This document shows, piece after piece, positions 62,481-64,000 of a stretch of DNA of 64,000 nt; positions within the stretch are counted from its first letter, which is position 1; the number at the start of each line of letters is the position of its first letter. The notes beneath the pieces were generated by a model. It was not told the DNA's origin. It did not search any database and saw only the letters and a list, made by a program, of their open reading frames with translations. The DNA comes from Lama guanicoe (lineage: Eukaryota). Location: the NCBI GenBank assembly GCA_013239625.1, contig MU054187.1, positions 11,181,231 to 11,245,230 of the forward strand, given 5' to 3'. The position numbers were made by a program, and so were the translations under genes.

Positions 62481-62799
62481 GTGCAAGGGAAAGGACTTGG
62501 ACAGTATTCTGTAAGACTAAGGAACCGACGAAAGGTGCTTGAACAGCAGTATAAAAATTGACCAGCTGGTAAAGTGAATTAGCCGAATGAGAGGAACCCA
62601 ATGTGATACAGGACCATTAGGAAGATGGGTGATTGGTAATTGAATCATTGCTAACAAAGAAGAACAATTTCACTGAAACAAGAGGAGATGATCAAATGAA
62701 GACAGTCACAGACATTAAGGCATCTCCCTAGTTCTGAGCCAGTCTGTCTTGTGGCTACAATCAATGGGCATGCATTGCAAATCCCATTGGAACACTGTG

Positions 62800-63195
62800 C
62801 ATCAATGCATTCATTGATGTAGACAGTTAAGTTGTCAGTCAGCCAACACTCATTGACCAAGTCTACACCCTAAGACTTCATGTCCAGGATTTTTTCTGGA
62901 CAGTTGGTCCCATAGGCATGGCTGAGTGCCCACAGGGATGACGACAGTTACTCAGTGTCCATTTCCTCCAGAGCTCAAGCTCCTATTGCATGTCCCAAGG
63001 CCCCTGCCACAAATTAAGCTGTTACTTCAAACTCTCTAGCACAGCCCAACGCCTCAGGTAAACAAGGACACTCCTAATAGACAAGATATTCCAAGGTCTT
63101 AGAGGTTACCTCCTGGGAGATGGGCCAGGACCAAACTTTTCTTTGGAATATAGAGAGTTGAACAATTCAGATCTGCTGCGTTCATTCTTCACTCC
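62800..63195. mobile_element. MER21/MER77-like ERVL LTR fragment (may extend left to ~62480)
   Basis: 'aacaaggacactcctaatagacaagatattccaaggtcttagaggttacctcctgggag...ttttctttggaat'. Confidence 0.7.
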
Positions 63196-63199
63196 AGCC

Positions 63200-64000
63200 C
63201 CAAACTCACTGGGTGTAAGAAAGTCCTCCCTGCCCCTCAGCACCCGTATCCAACTGGTCTCTAAGCTCTGTTTATTCCACCCCTATAGAGCCGTATATCC
63301 ATACACTTATCCTCATCCCCAGCACTTCCTTCCCGAACCCCAAACTAATCGGTTGCCAAAACTTATTCATTTTTTCCATAAAGGTTACCCAACTTAATCA
63401 CTTTCTTCTTTCTTACTCCTACTGTCTTAGTTTTGAGCTCCGCCAGGTCTTACATTGTCCCTGCTCCGCATCCTGCCAATCATCTTCCATAGTGCTTTCA
63501 GAATGATTCCTATAAAATAGGGACTTGGCTGTGCCATTCTGCTACCTAAAGTCTACTAATAAGTAACATCTCCATTTTGTCCACATTCCTTAGCAGAGCG
63601 CTGAATAAATGAATACACATTACCTCTCCAGACTCACTGTTTATTGTGTTCCAAACTAACCAAATTGCTTCTTGGTCTGCATACCTGTACATGTTCTGTT
63701 CTCTCCATCTGAATTGGTTTTCCCTCCTACAATCCACCCAACATCCAGTCAGCTATTTCCCAGGAGAAGTTCTACTTTTCTACACGAATCAACTGAGGTC
63801 ATAGTTGCTTTAGAAAGTCTTACCTCCCTTTAAAGTTTGCGGTCAAGTATCTCTTCTCTGATTTTGGAAACATTCTGTGCCTCCGTCAGTTCATATCTCA
63901 CATGACTTCATTCATTTATATCCTTCTGTCTCACTCCCTGGATGGGTAGACCCTCAGTGGCATCACTGATAATGTGTTTCAAGTTGGCACCTCCCAAACC
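63200..64000 (+). mobile_element. Diverged L2 sequence
   Basis: 'caatcatcttccatagtgctttcagaatgattcctataaaa', 'ttctctccatctgaatt', pyrimidine-rich L2-like tract. Confidence 0.5.

Noticed and set aside
1..64000. Prokaryote-type systems (CRISPR arrays, operons, defence islands) or a full provirus
   Set aside because: The DNA is clearly mammalian; there are no regularly spaced repeats, no long ORFs and no paired same-family LTRs flanking internal sequence

Overview
Mammalian non-coding DNA (intergenic or deep intronic), most likely from a camelid: two copies of a tRNA-Ala-derived SINE resemble the Camelidae Vic-1 family, and cetartiodactyl-type L1 3' ends and ERV1 solo LTRs are also present. I see no protein-coding exon, tRNA, rRNA or known ncRNA gene. 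The only ORFs with recognisable protein similarity are decayed L1 ORF2 C-terminal fragments (24949-25158, 41293-41654). A large share of the window is interspersed repeats (L1, L2, MIR, MaLR/ERVL/ERV1 LTRs, hAT-Charlie MERs), with several clean nested insertions whose target-site duplications (TSDs) are still readable. Repeat families were named from memory of consensus sequences, not from a search, so subfamily names and most boundaries are approximate. The best leads are regulatory or structural: an orphan CpG-rich promoter-like island apparently built on L2 remnants (39.6-39.9 kb), a perfect 17-bp inverted repeat inside a promoter/enhancer motif cluster (49.8-50.3 kb), a RUNX/ETS-IRF cluster (29.3-29.7 kb) and a tail-to-tail L2 hairpin with miRNA-like architecture (54.4-54.5 kb). 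The sequence alone does not support a claim of a new biological system.
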